DNA from: Carpediemonas membranifera BICM
Lineage: Eukaryota; Protista; Fornicata
Direction: 5' to 3'
Assembly: GCA_019828565.1 (NCBI GenBank)
Contig: JAHDYR010000033.1
Location: forward strand, 1 to 64,000
DNA: 64,000 bases
Shown: piece after piece, positions 25,941 through 37,887 of the stretch
Layout: each line of letters begins with the position of its first letter
Position numbering within the stretch: the first letter of the stretch is position 1
The notes under the pieces: generated by a model
Seen by the model: the letters and a program-made list of their open reading frames with translations, nothing else
The model's database searches: none
Told to the model about the DNA's origin: nothing
Made by a program: the position numbers and the translations under genes

Positions 25941-28302
25941 TCTGCTCTCTCCAGCGTCCTCACTCGTAAATGTACGTTGCTGTCTTGTCTGCTTGATCTG
26001 ATTTCATTTAGTGTGCACTTTAGGGGATAGTTTCATTGCAACGCCAAAATGGCGAGTTCAGGTTGTAGCAATGATCTGATGCGCGGAACGTACTAGAAAA
26101 CATTGCAATTACAACGCAAAGCAGCGAAAAGCGGAGAAATCAACATCAATAACAACATCAACACCAAAAGAACAGTATCCCAAAGAATTGTGGGCGTTGC
26201 TGCGCCAAAGAGCAATAAATGACCACAAAGCATTCGCTTATGCACAATTAGCTGCCAGAAAGAACACTACACCGTTACTTTGGATCATTCCAGTTCGCCG
26301 GAGATGACGCAGGTCCAGAACGCTGCCTTGGAGGGCTGGTGAAGCGGTTGTGTAGCGCTTACTCGCCTGGCCTTTGGGGCTCTCTCAACATCCTTCCAGA
26401 CTACTGCATTGTCATTCACCGGAGGAGCAGGCCAGAGTCACTTGCCATCTGGCGCATCATGAGGAGATATTGGAATGTGATGATGTGTTTATTGACTAAA
26501 TGAGCTGGAATTAGGCGGGTTTGATGTTGCTTACATGTTCTGTGGCATGCCTGATGTCCAAAGATGTATTTTGGCACAGTGATGTTGTTTAGTGTGCTCA
26601 TTGCTGACCGCATAGTTATCTGACGTCAATGTGTCGTGTTGATGGCAAGAAATCGATGGTAGCTCGCACGTTTGAGGTAGTTGCTTGTTGCATCGATGCA
26701 ACGCACTTTAAGGATTAACCACCTGTACCCCATAGCCGTTTCCTAAGGCCAAATGCGGTCCTCTGTAGCGTATATACACGCGTGAATTGGGACTAGATGG
26801 GACTAGATGCAGTGTTGTGGCATGCCCGGTCTAGCTGAATCCACAAATGTGGATCGGCTCGGGCTGCCGTATAGGTGGCCTGCTCTGGACTTATGGCTGG
26901 AGATACAGTTGGCAGGTAGTTGACTCGTACATGCTCATATGGACAACCGACGGCCATTTACTTCTGGTGCTTTTCCTGCTCTCTCTTCTCCATCAGGTCG
27001 TCATACTCGGCCCTCGTCAGCCTCACAGTTGTCATCCCGGCATCACGGATGTGCTCAAAGGCCTCAACGGGCAGCTTCGGCATCCCGTCGTCGCTGTCGC
27101 TGCTGCTGCCGAAGTCTGACTCGCTCTCGTGATAGCGGCGAAGGCGAATGCGTCTGCTGGGCTCCCTGGCCTTCATAGAGTCATAGAGCGGAGCGAGCCC
27201 ACTTCCATTGGTCCCGCTACGGACACCCTCATCGGTATCTCTCTCAGACATATCACACTCAACCTGTTGTGACTGAACAAATGACAGGTTGTCGACGAGG
27301 CTATCCTCGGCATCGCTGTCTGAACTCTCCTCATCCTCCCACTCTCCTTCCAGCATCTCCAACCCGGCCTCATCGTCAGACTCGCCCTCCACCGCGGTCT
27401 CCGGCATCTCTGCCTCGCCAGCTGTCTCGTCAAACAGCGCCTCATCGTCAGACTCCCCCTCCCCCGTGTCGACCCCATCGGGATTACGCTGGTCGTGGAG
27501 CTGGACCATCCTAATCCTGAGCTTGTTGTAAAGCCAGTCATCGAGCGTCGGCGGCACCAGGTCGGCAGAGCTTCGGATCTCCGGGTTGAGATCGAGGATC
27601 GTTGGGCGTCGCGTGGTCGTTAAGTGACTGGACGCCAACTGGCGCCTGAACTGCTCATCGGTCAGGCTGATGCGCTTGTCCTTAATGACCTTACGAACCT
27701 TGGTCGGATCCCTGGGCCTGCCCGTCCGTCTCTGTGTCTCAATCACCCGCTTCTTGAGCTGATTGAGATCGACATGCACAGTGGGCGCATAGCGAAGCTG
27801 GTTAACACTCAGCCCGACCGACTTGAGAGCCTGCGAGAAGGTGCTAGGCATCACAGTGGACATCGTGGATGGTGCCCCGGTGAATAGCAACCAGTCAGCG
27901 AGTTCCGGGGGAATCTGGAGCTCGCTCACATCAATATCGCGGGCTGATGTGGCAGTCATGCCTGTGTGGCTGATGATAAGAGCCAGCGCATTGTAGGGGA
28001 AGACTAGTCGGACAATAGCTTCCGATGCGACAGGCTCAAACTGCCCAAGCGGCTTGACATTGTCTCTGCCGGAGTTTCGGAATGAGTTGACGGCACTGAG
28101 AGTGACAGCAGCGGTTGCCTTGCTCAATGATGCAGCAAAACCGGGCACAAGCGATCTAACCTCCTCGGGCCGGATCACGGAGAGCGCTTCGTCCTCGGTA
28201 CTCCCTCGCTCACGTTGTACGAATTGAACGAACCGCGAAAGGTTGTTTGCGGCCGCTTTCCGGGAAGATTTCTTGCTGATGGTGCACAACCAAGCATTCT
28301 TC

Positions 28303-31300
28303 CATACTGTCTCCGGGGGGGGTGAGGTACCCACCTCGAATGGGTACCTTACCCATGGGTAAGGTACCCAGTATCTTTAAAAAATTCATTAAAATTCGGT
28401 CAAGAGGTGGGTATGGTACCCATTTTTGCCCATTTTTCGACCAAATCTTCTTCCAATCTCAAGATTGAGCGTAGGAATATTTCTATAGATCTAGTAAAGG
28501 TTAGTTCAAGGCAAATAAGGACACGAGCTAGATCTATGGGAATATTCCAACGTACAATCGCGAGATATTAAAAAGATTCACTGGTTTTTGCGAGAATTGA
28601 GGCTGCTGCTCTGTAGGAAGTTCAGAAAGAGAGGAAACTTCTCCCATGAGTAGTACCTAACTATAGAAGTATCCTGAGGGTACAACTTTATTTATTTTTA
28701 TTTGCACTCACTTTGGATATTTCGAAAAAGACAGTATGCGCCGTGTCCGCATTCAGGCGTAGAGGAGGACTAGCACATCCATTTCCATTTAAATTAAACC
28801 TATTCCAAGCAATTCAATGAATGACTCGAGAAAGATTCAGTCGATTTATTTCCAAAGACGATGAAAATGAATACAAAGAGTCTTCGAACCTCGCGAAAAG
28901 AAACGAAAACAACATCAAACATCCACGCAGGCACTAAGAAGCCAATGTGCATCAAGATTCGCGCCATCAGTGGTTACTGACCGCGAACTATGCTGTTTGT
29001 GGCGAATGCAATCACAGCTTCTTCAATGATGCGAGAAGAACGCACAATTGCGTTCAGCTCTTTCGGTATGCGTGAATCGAGGTAAAGATTCTCATTAATG
29101 TGGTTAACCTCGGCAGCGACATCTTGAATGGACAAACACTTGGAAACAACGCGCATGCAGGCCGAAATCTCGCGATCACAAACGTTAAACGCCAGTTTGT
29201 GGCTGATCAGCTTTGAGCTATCACTTCTTTCTTCATATTGATCCATCTTGTCCGAATTGCGCACTTCTTTCTTCGGATTTACGAAAGGTCCCGATAAAGG
29301 AGCCTTCCGTCGGCTGAAGCGTGGAACTGTATCATATTACATACAATCGAGTAAATTCATAAACGGGTGTCTCGCCATAAATCCTTCTTTATATTCTTCA
29401 AACTTACTCATTGTCTGGCTGGAACCCACCAAATGACGGAATAGTAGGCTGTTTCCGTTTCTTGGCACTCTTCCTCGACTTCCCTGGGCGATAAGCCTCG
29501 TCATCAGACGAATCGTGACCAGCTCCCAAATGTTCGCATATACATACCGTGATTTCCACGGGATTACGCGGTTCCGTGCGCTTTGGTAACTGGCAGTGCA
29601 GCATACCATCGTCCCAGACTACCTGGCATGTCATCACATCCTGTGCCATTCTCGAGTCGAATGTTCGCCAGAACGTGGTGAGATCACGTTTCAGCTGGTC
29701 TAGACCTGCGTTCTCCAATGGATCCACACTCATTCCGCGCACCTTCTTCCACATCTGGGCACTCTTCACGCACTCATGTACATGCATGGCAACAAGTGTT
29801 CCCAGCGCCGGAATGCTGTGCTGTCTCCTGCCAGCGGACTCAGTCCTCAGCAACGCACGCTTGATGTACTTCGCCTGGGACATCAGACTGACGAGATGCA
29901 GAATTCGAGCTCTCTGAGCGCGTTGCTTCATCTCCATGTTGGGCAGGAATGATCGCTCAAAATGTTCCTCCAGCATGAACGTCAGAGGGAGCATAGTCTC
30001 CTGATGGATCAACGGAATGACTGCAACGGCAGCGTGCATCTTAAGGGTTATGACACAAGGCTTCTTCATTTCCGCACTCTTGGTCTTGGTGCGGTATGAG
30101 CCATCAGGGCAGATGCTCATTGCGGTGTGGAACGCGTGTATGACTGCGGCGGCGACCCAATGCCAGCGGATCAGCTCAGGGGTCGGGTCCTCCATCGAGT
30201 AGTAAAGATGCTGGAGGTGAGCGATGACACGGAAAAGCTCTCTCACACACTCTGGCACACACGTGATATGTGAGGTAGCCAGGACTGCCAGTCTTGCACG
30301 AGCTCTCTCTTGCTCGTTGCAGCCAACTGTTCTGACGAACTCAGTATTGCCGCTCTGCTGACGCCAGAAAGAGAGTTCTGGGTTGCGTGGTGGTTGTGGA
30401 AACATCTTAACCAGACACGCGACTTGCTCAAGGAGCTCATGGCTGGTGTGCATCAGCGGCGGGGCGACTGTTGTCAACTCGGCAAGAGCAGGGCTGTCCT
30501 GGAACAGAGGGATGAACTGATTCTCATCCCACTTGTACTTACCGTACCGGTGTTGAAGATCCAAGGTGATCCGATCCTTCTCTTTGATCCTCACTCGTCT
30601 GCCTGGGCCCAGTGTACTGCTCAGATGATCAATCTCTTGCTTTTGTGCCGCGTAGTACATCTGTCGGCGGAGGAGTAGGTCGGATAACTGCACAGAGATG
30701 ACCTTGTACTGTGGGTTGGCAGCGGCGATACGATCGCGTATGGTACTGAATCCATACGGGTTGGAAATGAACTCTGAATCACTGAGAACAGAAAACACAC
30801 ACCTGTTCTTGCCGCCGCGCATGGTTCCGAGCAGAACTTGGAGAGCCTTGTTGTCGGCCAGGGTATGGACGCGGCAAATTTGGGCAATAGCGCCAGTCTG
30901 CCGGACACAGAAGTGGAGGTTAACCAAGTTACTGATCTCCGCAGCAATACGGGGGTACAAAGATGGAATTTGGTCCTCGTGGCCGATGAACTCCAAGAGT
31001 GTGAAGACCCGGGTCAACTTCCCAGGAATGGCAATGCCCTCCTTGTCACCAAGCCTGAACTTAACTGCAGTAGTTCCATGCTTCCAGCCGTCAACCCACA
31101 GGCACAACTCAAGGTTGAAGACCCTGCCAGCCTCAACTTCGTCGTCCTTTGCGCATACCTCCAGACATGTCTTCCGAGCAGGCTTATCGGCAACAAATGC
31201 CATCGGACGAAGAAGGACCGAGGTGCATATGGCCTCACAGTCAAAGAAAACCGAACTAACAAAATCCCAGGGGTTGGGGGAAATAATTGTAGAGCGAAGT

Positions 31301-32575
31301 CCCTGCCGTCTATGAATCCTGTCGGCCCGGACAGTATCACGTGCCTGTTTCGCATCTATCGCGTCTGCATATAGTAGCTTGGTTGTCTGGCCAAAGCGGA
31401 CAGTGTCAGTCGGGGTGAGCTGCAGACGTTCCACGGTTGCGTCAATGAGCTCCTGCGAACCAATGAAATTGACGGTCTGACCGATAGGGACAGTCAGCCT
31501 GGAGCTGTCAGCTGTGACTGTGACGCCAGCCTCTTGGATGGCATACTCCACGGGAATGAAGCAAGACAGATCGGCCACCTCCTCCTCCGACAGTGCCTCG
31601 CGAAGGCCTGGGATATTGAGTATGCTCATGTCCAGCCCGGCAATCGGCTCCCGGCGCTTCTGAGTCCTTCCTATCGTGGGAATATAGGCCATTTTGGAGG
31701 TATGAGCGACCGGGAGGGGGGGAATGGGGGGCATTTATGGTATGGCTGGACTCTACTCGGGCAGACTATTATAACGAGGCTCAGACCAGACCTCTACGGC
31801 CGCTATACGAGGAGAAACGAGCCAGTAAGGGCACTAGCGGCCCATGGCCGCAGCAGCGCCCAGCCAAGCTCAGCTATAGGGTCACATGGGGCCCAAAATG
31901 ACGTGCTCATCAGGTCGACTCCCATCTATTGACTTGGTAATTGCAGAGGGCGTTTGAACGCGATGTCCTAATAACCGACTTGGTCGGAGCGGTTCGGCGA
32001 TGACTCCGTTGTATTTCAAGCCTTCTTCTGATGCCGAAACATGCAGTCCTTTTGAGTCAACGCGCGTCCTGTCCGTCAGGCATGAAGGGCATTCAGCAGA
32101 GGCATTGCTGCGGTCTGCAGGCCGCCCTAGCGCTTCAGGATGGCCAACTGCAGGATCTGGACCCATGTCTATCAAATCCATTTTGATCACATCAATGTGT
32201 CAAATCTGACGATTCGACGATGAAGCGTCAGGGACGTTTTCAGGGCGGCAGAAGCGGCTTGTAGACCTGTCATAGACCATAGAGCGATGACGCAGCATGT
32301 TTGTATTTTTTTGTCCGGTTGTTATATCTCCGCATGTATCAACGTAATTGCACTGGACTCACTCTACTGTTGCTATGTGAGTGTAGGGGACCGCGTGGGC
32401 AGCTCTAGAACAGTCATAGACCGGACTTGAGCTCTTGCAGGAAAAAAAACTGGCGGCCTTGGTTGGTGGTTTTTCGGGACCGTATCTAGAAAAGATTCGA
32501 GATACGGTGGGTACCTTACCCATGGGTAAGGTACCCATTCGAGGTGGGTACCTCACCCCCCCCGGAGACAGTATG
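28303..32575 (-). mobile_element. 4.27-kb TIR DNA transposon F, putatively autonomous
   Basis: Perfect 68-bp TIRs CATACTGTCTCCGGGGGGGGTGAGGTACC... at 28303-28370 and 32508-32575; 2-bp TSD TC (28301-28302/32576-32577); one long internal ORF. Confidence 0.92.
29404..31734 (-). CDS. DDE transposase, Chapaev/Transib/RAG1-like
   Basis: 776 aa with motifs in the expected order: LWVDGW, LADNKALQVLLG, NRCVFS, APPLMH, TLKMH, LEEHFERSF; basic C-terminus. Confidence 0.75.
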   Translation of the reverse strand: MPPIPPLPVAHTSKMAYIPTIGRTQKRREPIAGLDMSILNIPGLREALSEEEVADLSCFIPVEYAIQEAGVTVTADSSRLTVPIGQTVNFIGSQELIDATVERLQLTPTDTVRFGQTTKLLYADAIDAKQARDTVRADRIHRRQGLRSTIISPNPWDFVSSVFFDCEAICTSVLLRPMAFVADKPARKTCLEVCAKDDEVEAGRVFNLELCLWVDGWKHGTTAVKFRLGDKEGIAIPGKLTRVFTLLEFIGHEDQIPSLYPRIAAEISNLVNLHFCVRQTGAIAQICRVHTLADNKALQVLLGTMRGGKNRCVFSVLSDSEFISNPYGFSTIRDRIAAANPQYKVISVQLSDLLLRRQMYYAAQKQEIDHLSSTLGPGRRVRIKEKDRITLDLQHRYGKYKWDENQFIPLFQDSPALAELTTVAPPLMHTSHELLEQVACLVKMFPQPPRNPELSFWRQQSGNTEFVRTVGCNEQERARARLAVLATSHITCVPECVRELFRVIAHLQHLYYSMEDPTPELIRWHWVAAAVIHAFHTAMSICPDGSYRTKTKSAEMKKPCVITLKMHAAVAVIPLIHQETMLPLTFMLEEHFERSFLPNMEMKQRAQRARILHLVSLMSQAKYIKRALLRTESAGRRQHSIPALGTLVAMHVHECVKSAQMWKKVRGMSVDPLENAGLDQLKRDLTTFWRTFDSRMAQDVMTCQVVWDDGMLHCQLPKRTEPRNPVEITVCICEHLGAGHDSSDDEAYRPGKSRKSAKKRKQPTIPSFGGFQPDNE

Positions 32576-33853
32576 TCACGTCTTGCATGCTTGTTTCCAT
32601 CTCCCGCGGGCTTCCTTCCATCGATATACGGATTTCAGACTTTCGTCATGCACAAAAATTCGAATCTCTCCAAATGCCCAAAACAGTGGTCAAACCGTGT
32701 TCAGGGGTACAAAAGAGTGCCATAGGCACGTTCTTGCATTTCAAAATATTCTAGAGGTCGTTCATAAATTCTCAGATGGCCAACAGTACGAAAGTCTGAA
32801 ATCCATTTATCATGAGACCCGACAAATTTGAAATCCATTTATCGGGTGGATACATCACTGTAGAGGGTATTCATGGATATAGGTGCCTTTTCGGTGCCGA
32901 GGGGAGTCAACATTTGAGGTCGTGCAGGCAGAAAGTCTGAATTCCGTTTATCTCACCACTGCTTAGTGTTCATGGCAGACAACGGCTTCCTGGCGACGCC
33001 TGGGGTGTAAGGATTCGCTTGCCTCTGTGTTGTCGCATCAGCTTCGCTGAAAACGGGGGAACTGACCCGCGCATTCGCGCACTTTATGCTCGCAACGAGA
33101 TTGAAATGGCGAACTTAAGAATAGAAAGAATACTGGCGGCTTTAACGATACAGGCATGCACATATCACTAAGAAACATCAGTATGCGGGCGCAGAGCATC
33201 ATTAAAGCAACAATTATCTCTAAACAACATCAAGTACCAAAAGTCCATCAGGACGAAACGATATGACCTATAAATGGAGCACAGAGCAGTACAGATGATT
33301 TGAGAGTACCAGGCATGGCCAGAATACCGTAATTATCGTCCGTTCATCCACGTGACCTCCATCTTGGTCGGTATCCAGAGAACACCTGTCAGACGCTTGC
33401 AACGGAACATTTAGGGGGTGCATCCTAAATGGGTCCAGATTTGAGGCACCCTTGGTCTGACATGCCATGACCGAGCACTCTAGGGGCCTCCACAGTGCGT
33501 CCCGAGGTACGTTAGAGCACCACAGACCTTCCCCCAAAAGCTGACTCCTGGACCCCTTGGCCGGAGCTCGCCCGAAGCGTGCCTCGGCTTGAACTAACGG
33601 CAAGAGAGCATAAAATCAGCCCTTTCGAACCGTGTTTTATGCTCTGCTGCCGTTATAGAATTATTCAAAGGGCCCTCTCTTTGCGCTTTTTTCTGGTTCG
33701 TGGGACGAAGTAGGGACGGACAAAAAGCACATACGGAAGGTATTGGAGGTACTGAGGCCGCCTAGGTACATAGTTGCCGTGTGGATGGTTTCAGTTTATT
33801 ACTTTTGGCACTCTATGTCCATTTTTTATGCTCTCTTGCTGATAGTGCCGAAC

Positions 33854-35606
33854 ATGGACTTGCTAAAGTGGATTGAGAGCGCTAGCAAGGAACAGTACGA
33901 TGCGATATTGGCTGCATACACCAAGGCAACCACCAATCATGCCAAATGTGCTGTCCTTCGCGCGGTTTTGCTGGATGAACGGAAACTGCTCGATCTAGTC
34001 ATCAGGAAGCGTTTGTAGTCATAGCAATGCTTATATAGGAATCAACCTGAACCATATCACCACGAAATTCCGCCTCACGAAGGACGAGAAGGAGGAGCTC
34101 CAGGATAAGTTGAAGAAGCAGTTTATGGCACTCGCCGGACCAAGAAGTTCCAAGAAGCTCGGCGCGCTGGCGAAGTGGGTTGACGACAACCAGGCTGATA
34201 TCGTGTATAGCCAGGAGAAGCGCAAGGCGCGTAAGGCCATTATTGAGGCCATTGACGCCGAGGAGAAGGACAAGGGCAAGGGCAAGGCCGAGAGCGCTAA
34301 GAAAGAACCCGTCGACGATGAGAGTGGCGTGGACAGTGGTGAAGAGAGCGGCGTCGACGATTCTGAGTTGTGCGACAGTGAGAGTGAGGTGGACTTTGAC
34401 AACGAGTCCGACGATGAGATTAGAGAACGCGCGATCAAGCGCCGGCGCGAGAGAAAGATCGCCCAGAAGCTCAAGGAGTGGGAGGACAATAACGCTCGCA
34501 ACTACGTCCTGTGGCATAGAGTCCAGAAGGAGGTGCACGGCGAGCTTCGCATTCGCGCCTCTCGAGAGTCAGCTTCGGTTGCTGGGGACAACCACGTCGA
34601 CGTCCAGTTCGACAGATACCTTCGCGTATCCAAGCTGCTCGAAATGAAGGACTGGATTCACAAAGACCTCCCATCTCTTCCGATGGAGGCACGAGTGCTC
34701 CATCACAAGGCGCAGAAGAGAGTACTCGAGCTGGAGGAGACCGTCACGAGGCTGCTGCAAGACGTGGGGTACGCAGCTGACATCTCCATGGGTGCCAGCC
34801 CGACACCCGCGCCGTTTCGCCGCGACCTACCCCAGTCGGGCACACACCAAGCACGAACGAGTACCCCCCGCCGTACGGGGAAGAGCGACACAATCCACAT
34901 GAAGCGCAAGGCCCTCATGACAATCCCTCAGAAGATCGCTGATGTCGATAGCAACTCAGAGGAGTCAGACGAGGAGGAGATGGTGACAGAGGAGAAGAAG
35001 CGCGAGGCACACGAGGAGGTGGTGACAGAGGAGAGGAAGGGTGAGTCACATGAGGAGGACGTGACCAAATGCGACGCCTGCATCCAGACTGAGCCGGAGA
35101 CTCAGACTCGCATCACCTCTGAGGCCGCGGTGCAGACGTGCATCAACGCGGAGGCTCTCACGGCTGGCTGTACCGCGATTCATGTCAAGAGTGACGGCAA
35201 CTGCGTTGCATATTGTCTCCAAGCCATTGAGTTGGGTGGCAGAGTTGATGGCGACTTCGAAAGGTGGCAGCGTGGCCTCTGCCAGTCAGTGAAGGCCAAG
35301 TACTGGTCTAAGAAGAATTTCACGGAGCGTAGCCTGACAGATCCGGACTCCGGCTACTATAACTCGAACGCCATCCGAGTCTGGGCGAGGAAACAGAAGC
35401 GGAACATCCTTGTTGTCCAGTCATACGACGGATACAACGGCATGCAAGGCATCTCCGCCATCTTATACCTGTTTGATGGCACCACCATGCTTGCACCCGA
35501 TGCAGACTTGTGGGGGTTGACAGATAATTTCGCTATTGTCATCGAAGGCGATCCGGCTCACGCCACGCTGTACCAGAAGAAGTGCGAGGTCGTTGAGATT
35601 GAATAA
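33854..35606 (+). CDS. Lys/Glu-rich protein with C-terminal OTU-like cysteine protease domain; 28-nt intron 34011-34038
   Basis: MDLLKWIE...IRKR spliced to INLNHITTKF; IHVKSDGNCVAYCL (OTU DGNC motif) and distal DPAHATLY His. Confidence 0.6.
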
Positions 35607-35721
35607 AGATTTGGATATGCCCGTGTAGCCAGCGGTTCATGACCTGCAGCAGACATTTGGACGTACAGCGGGATACCACATCAATTAGGTCACTTGCGGG
35701 CTAAGATTGTCGTTGTCGATC

Positions 35722-37887
35722 GTCATTCACCGGAGGAGCAGGCCAGAGTCACTTGCCATCTGGCGCATCATGAGGAGATATTGGAATGTGATGATGTGTT
35801 TATTGACTAAATGAGCTGGAATTAGGCGGGTTTGATGTTGCTTACATGTTCTGTGGCATGCCTGATGTCCAAAGATGTATTTTGGCACAGTGATGTTGTT
35901 TAGTGTGCTCATTGCTGACCGCATAGTTATCTGACTTCAATGTGTCGTGTTGATGGCAAGAAATCGATGGTAGCTCGCACGTTTGAGGTAGTTGCTTGTT
36001 GCATCGATGCAACGCACTTTAAGGATTAACCACCTGCACCCCATAGCCGTTTCCTAAGGCCAGATACGGTCCTCTGTAGCGTATATACACGCGTGAATTG
36101 GGACTAGATGGGACTAGATGCAGTGTTGTGGCATGATCTGCAAGATCGACCAGCCCCTGGATCACTTGGGCCTGCCTCCGTGCCCGGCCTGTTGCGATCA
36201 ATGATGGTGATTACTTGCAACGAACGCGATCACCGGAAATTACCTTACCTTACCTTACCTGCAGGTACCATGGGTGTTCGTTTTCGTCTCCAAACGCCAT
36301 GGTGTAAGAGCATAAAGTGCATTTTCTGTTTACTGTGCCGTTGGGGATTGATGGCGCTGGCGTAGGGGTGCTGTGTGGGCGCCAGGGATGACGGCGCCAG
36401 GGATGAGGCGCCAGGGATGAGGCGCCAGGATGAGGCGCCAGGGATGAGGCGCCAGGGATGAGGCGCCAGGATGAGGGAGCCAAGATGAGGGCGCCAGGGA
36501 TGAGGCGCCAGGGATGAGGCGCCAGGGATGACGGCGCCAGGGATGAGGCGCCAGGGATGACGGCGCCAGGGATGAGGCGCCAGGGATGAGGCGCCAGGGA
36601 TGAGGCGCCAGGATGAGGCGCCAGGATGAGGAGCCAAGATGAGGGCGCCAGGGATGAGGAGTACAGTATTTGAACCCCGAAAACGCCATATTACCAGCAC
36701 CAATGAGCTTCATCAACGAAGATGCGCTCACTGGTGCCGGTTATGGCGTTTTCGGGGTTCGTCGATCATTCTGCTCCCAAATCTGCACCTGTATTTTTCG
36801 TGAGCATGCCCGGGAGCTGGGCCAGACGAGTGGTGCCACAGGGACTAAGCTCCGCTGCTCAGCCTCTGCCAGGCGACACTCGTCTGAATTCTGCACGAAA
36901 AATTCAGACGACGAATGATGGGCAAGGGCCGCGAAAACGCTGAAGTACCAGCGCAAGTAGAGCGGTTTGCAATAAAATAGCTTACTTGCGCTGGTGCTGG
37001 CGTTTTCGGGGCCCTGAATTGCCCCGGGCGCTCTCCCAGGCTTCTCTCTCCCGGGCTCCTCTCTCCCGGGCGCTCTCCCCGGGCTTCTCTCCCGGGCTCC
37101 TCTCTCCCGGGCGCTCTCGGGCTCTCTCCCGGGCGCTCTCCCGGGCTCCTCTCTCCCGCGCTCTTCTCCCCCGGGCTCCTCTCCCCTGGGCTCCTGTCCC
37201 CAGCGCTCTTCTCCCCCGGGCTCTATCCTCCGGGGCTCCTGTCCCCAGCGCTGTTTCCCCAGGCGCTCTGCTCTCTCCAGCGTCCTCACTCGTAAATGTA
37301 CGTTGCTGTCTTGTCTGCTTGATCTGATTTCATTTAGTGTGCACTTTAGGGGATAGTTTCATTGCAACGCCAAAATGGCGAGTTCAGGTTGTAGCAATGA
37401 TCTGATGCGCGGAATGTACTAGAAAACATTGCAATTACAACGCAAAGCAGCGAAAAGCGGAGAAATCAACATCAATAACAACATCAACACCAAAAGAACA
37501 GTATCCCAAAAGAATTGTGGGCGTTGCTGCGCCAAAGAGCAATAAATGACCACAAAGCATTCGCTTATGCACAATTAGCTGCCAGAAAGAACACTACACC
37601 GTTACTTTGGATCATTCCAGTTCGCCGGAGATGACGCAGGTCCAGAACGCTGCCTTGGAGGGCTGGTGAAGCGGTTGTGTAGCGCTTACTCGCCTGGCCT
37701 TTGGGGCTCTCTCAACATCCTTCCAGACTACTGCATTGTCATTCACCGGAGGAGCAGGCCAGAGTCACTTGCCATCTGGCGCATCATGAGGAGATATTGG
37801 AATGTGATGATGTGTTTATTGACTAAATGAGCTGGAATTAGGCGGGTTTGATGTTGCTTACATGTTCTGTGGCATGCCTGATGTCCA
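35722..37887. repeat. Second repeat block Y-Z-X-Y' with contracted minisatellites
   Basis: Near-identical to 26411-26824 and 23669-26560. Confidence 0.93.

Larger units (their letters stand above)
23669..26824. repeat. Direct-repeat block X-Y (X about 23669-26410; Y 26411-26824)
   Basis: X recurs at about 36204-37737. The 414-bp Y recurs at 35722-36135 and, truncated, at 37738-37887. Confidence 0.93.
26958..32621 (-). pseudogene. Tyrosine-recombinase-like protein (degenerate catalytic site, acidic tail), interrupted by element F
   Basis: Joining 32621-32578 to 28302-26958 gives a 462-aa ORF MEGSPREMETSMQDVKNAWL... Core-binding-like NNLSRFVQFV...LSKATAAVTLSAVNSF, box-I-like LIISHTGMTATSARDIDVSEL, box-II-like GLSVNQLRY. 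The ORF is solid; the family call is by eye. Confidence 0.5.

Noticed and set aside
23715-26001. Long repetitive ORFs (LAPHPWRLIPGASS, SRAPLSRALLP)
   Set aside because: Stop-free by-products of minisatellites, open in several frames on both strands; length differs between copies.
28303-28370. RSS-like 12/23 signals or a RAG2-like partner gene
   Set aside because: TIRs are symmetric, with no nonamer-like A tract and no kelch-like ORF.
28305-32573. Tc1/mariner reading of F with TA TSD
   Set aside because: The inverted repeat extends past TA to CAT/ATG, a TC duplication lies outside it, only that reading restores a Met-initiated target ORF, and the ORF has no DD34E/D motif.
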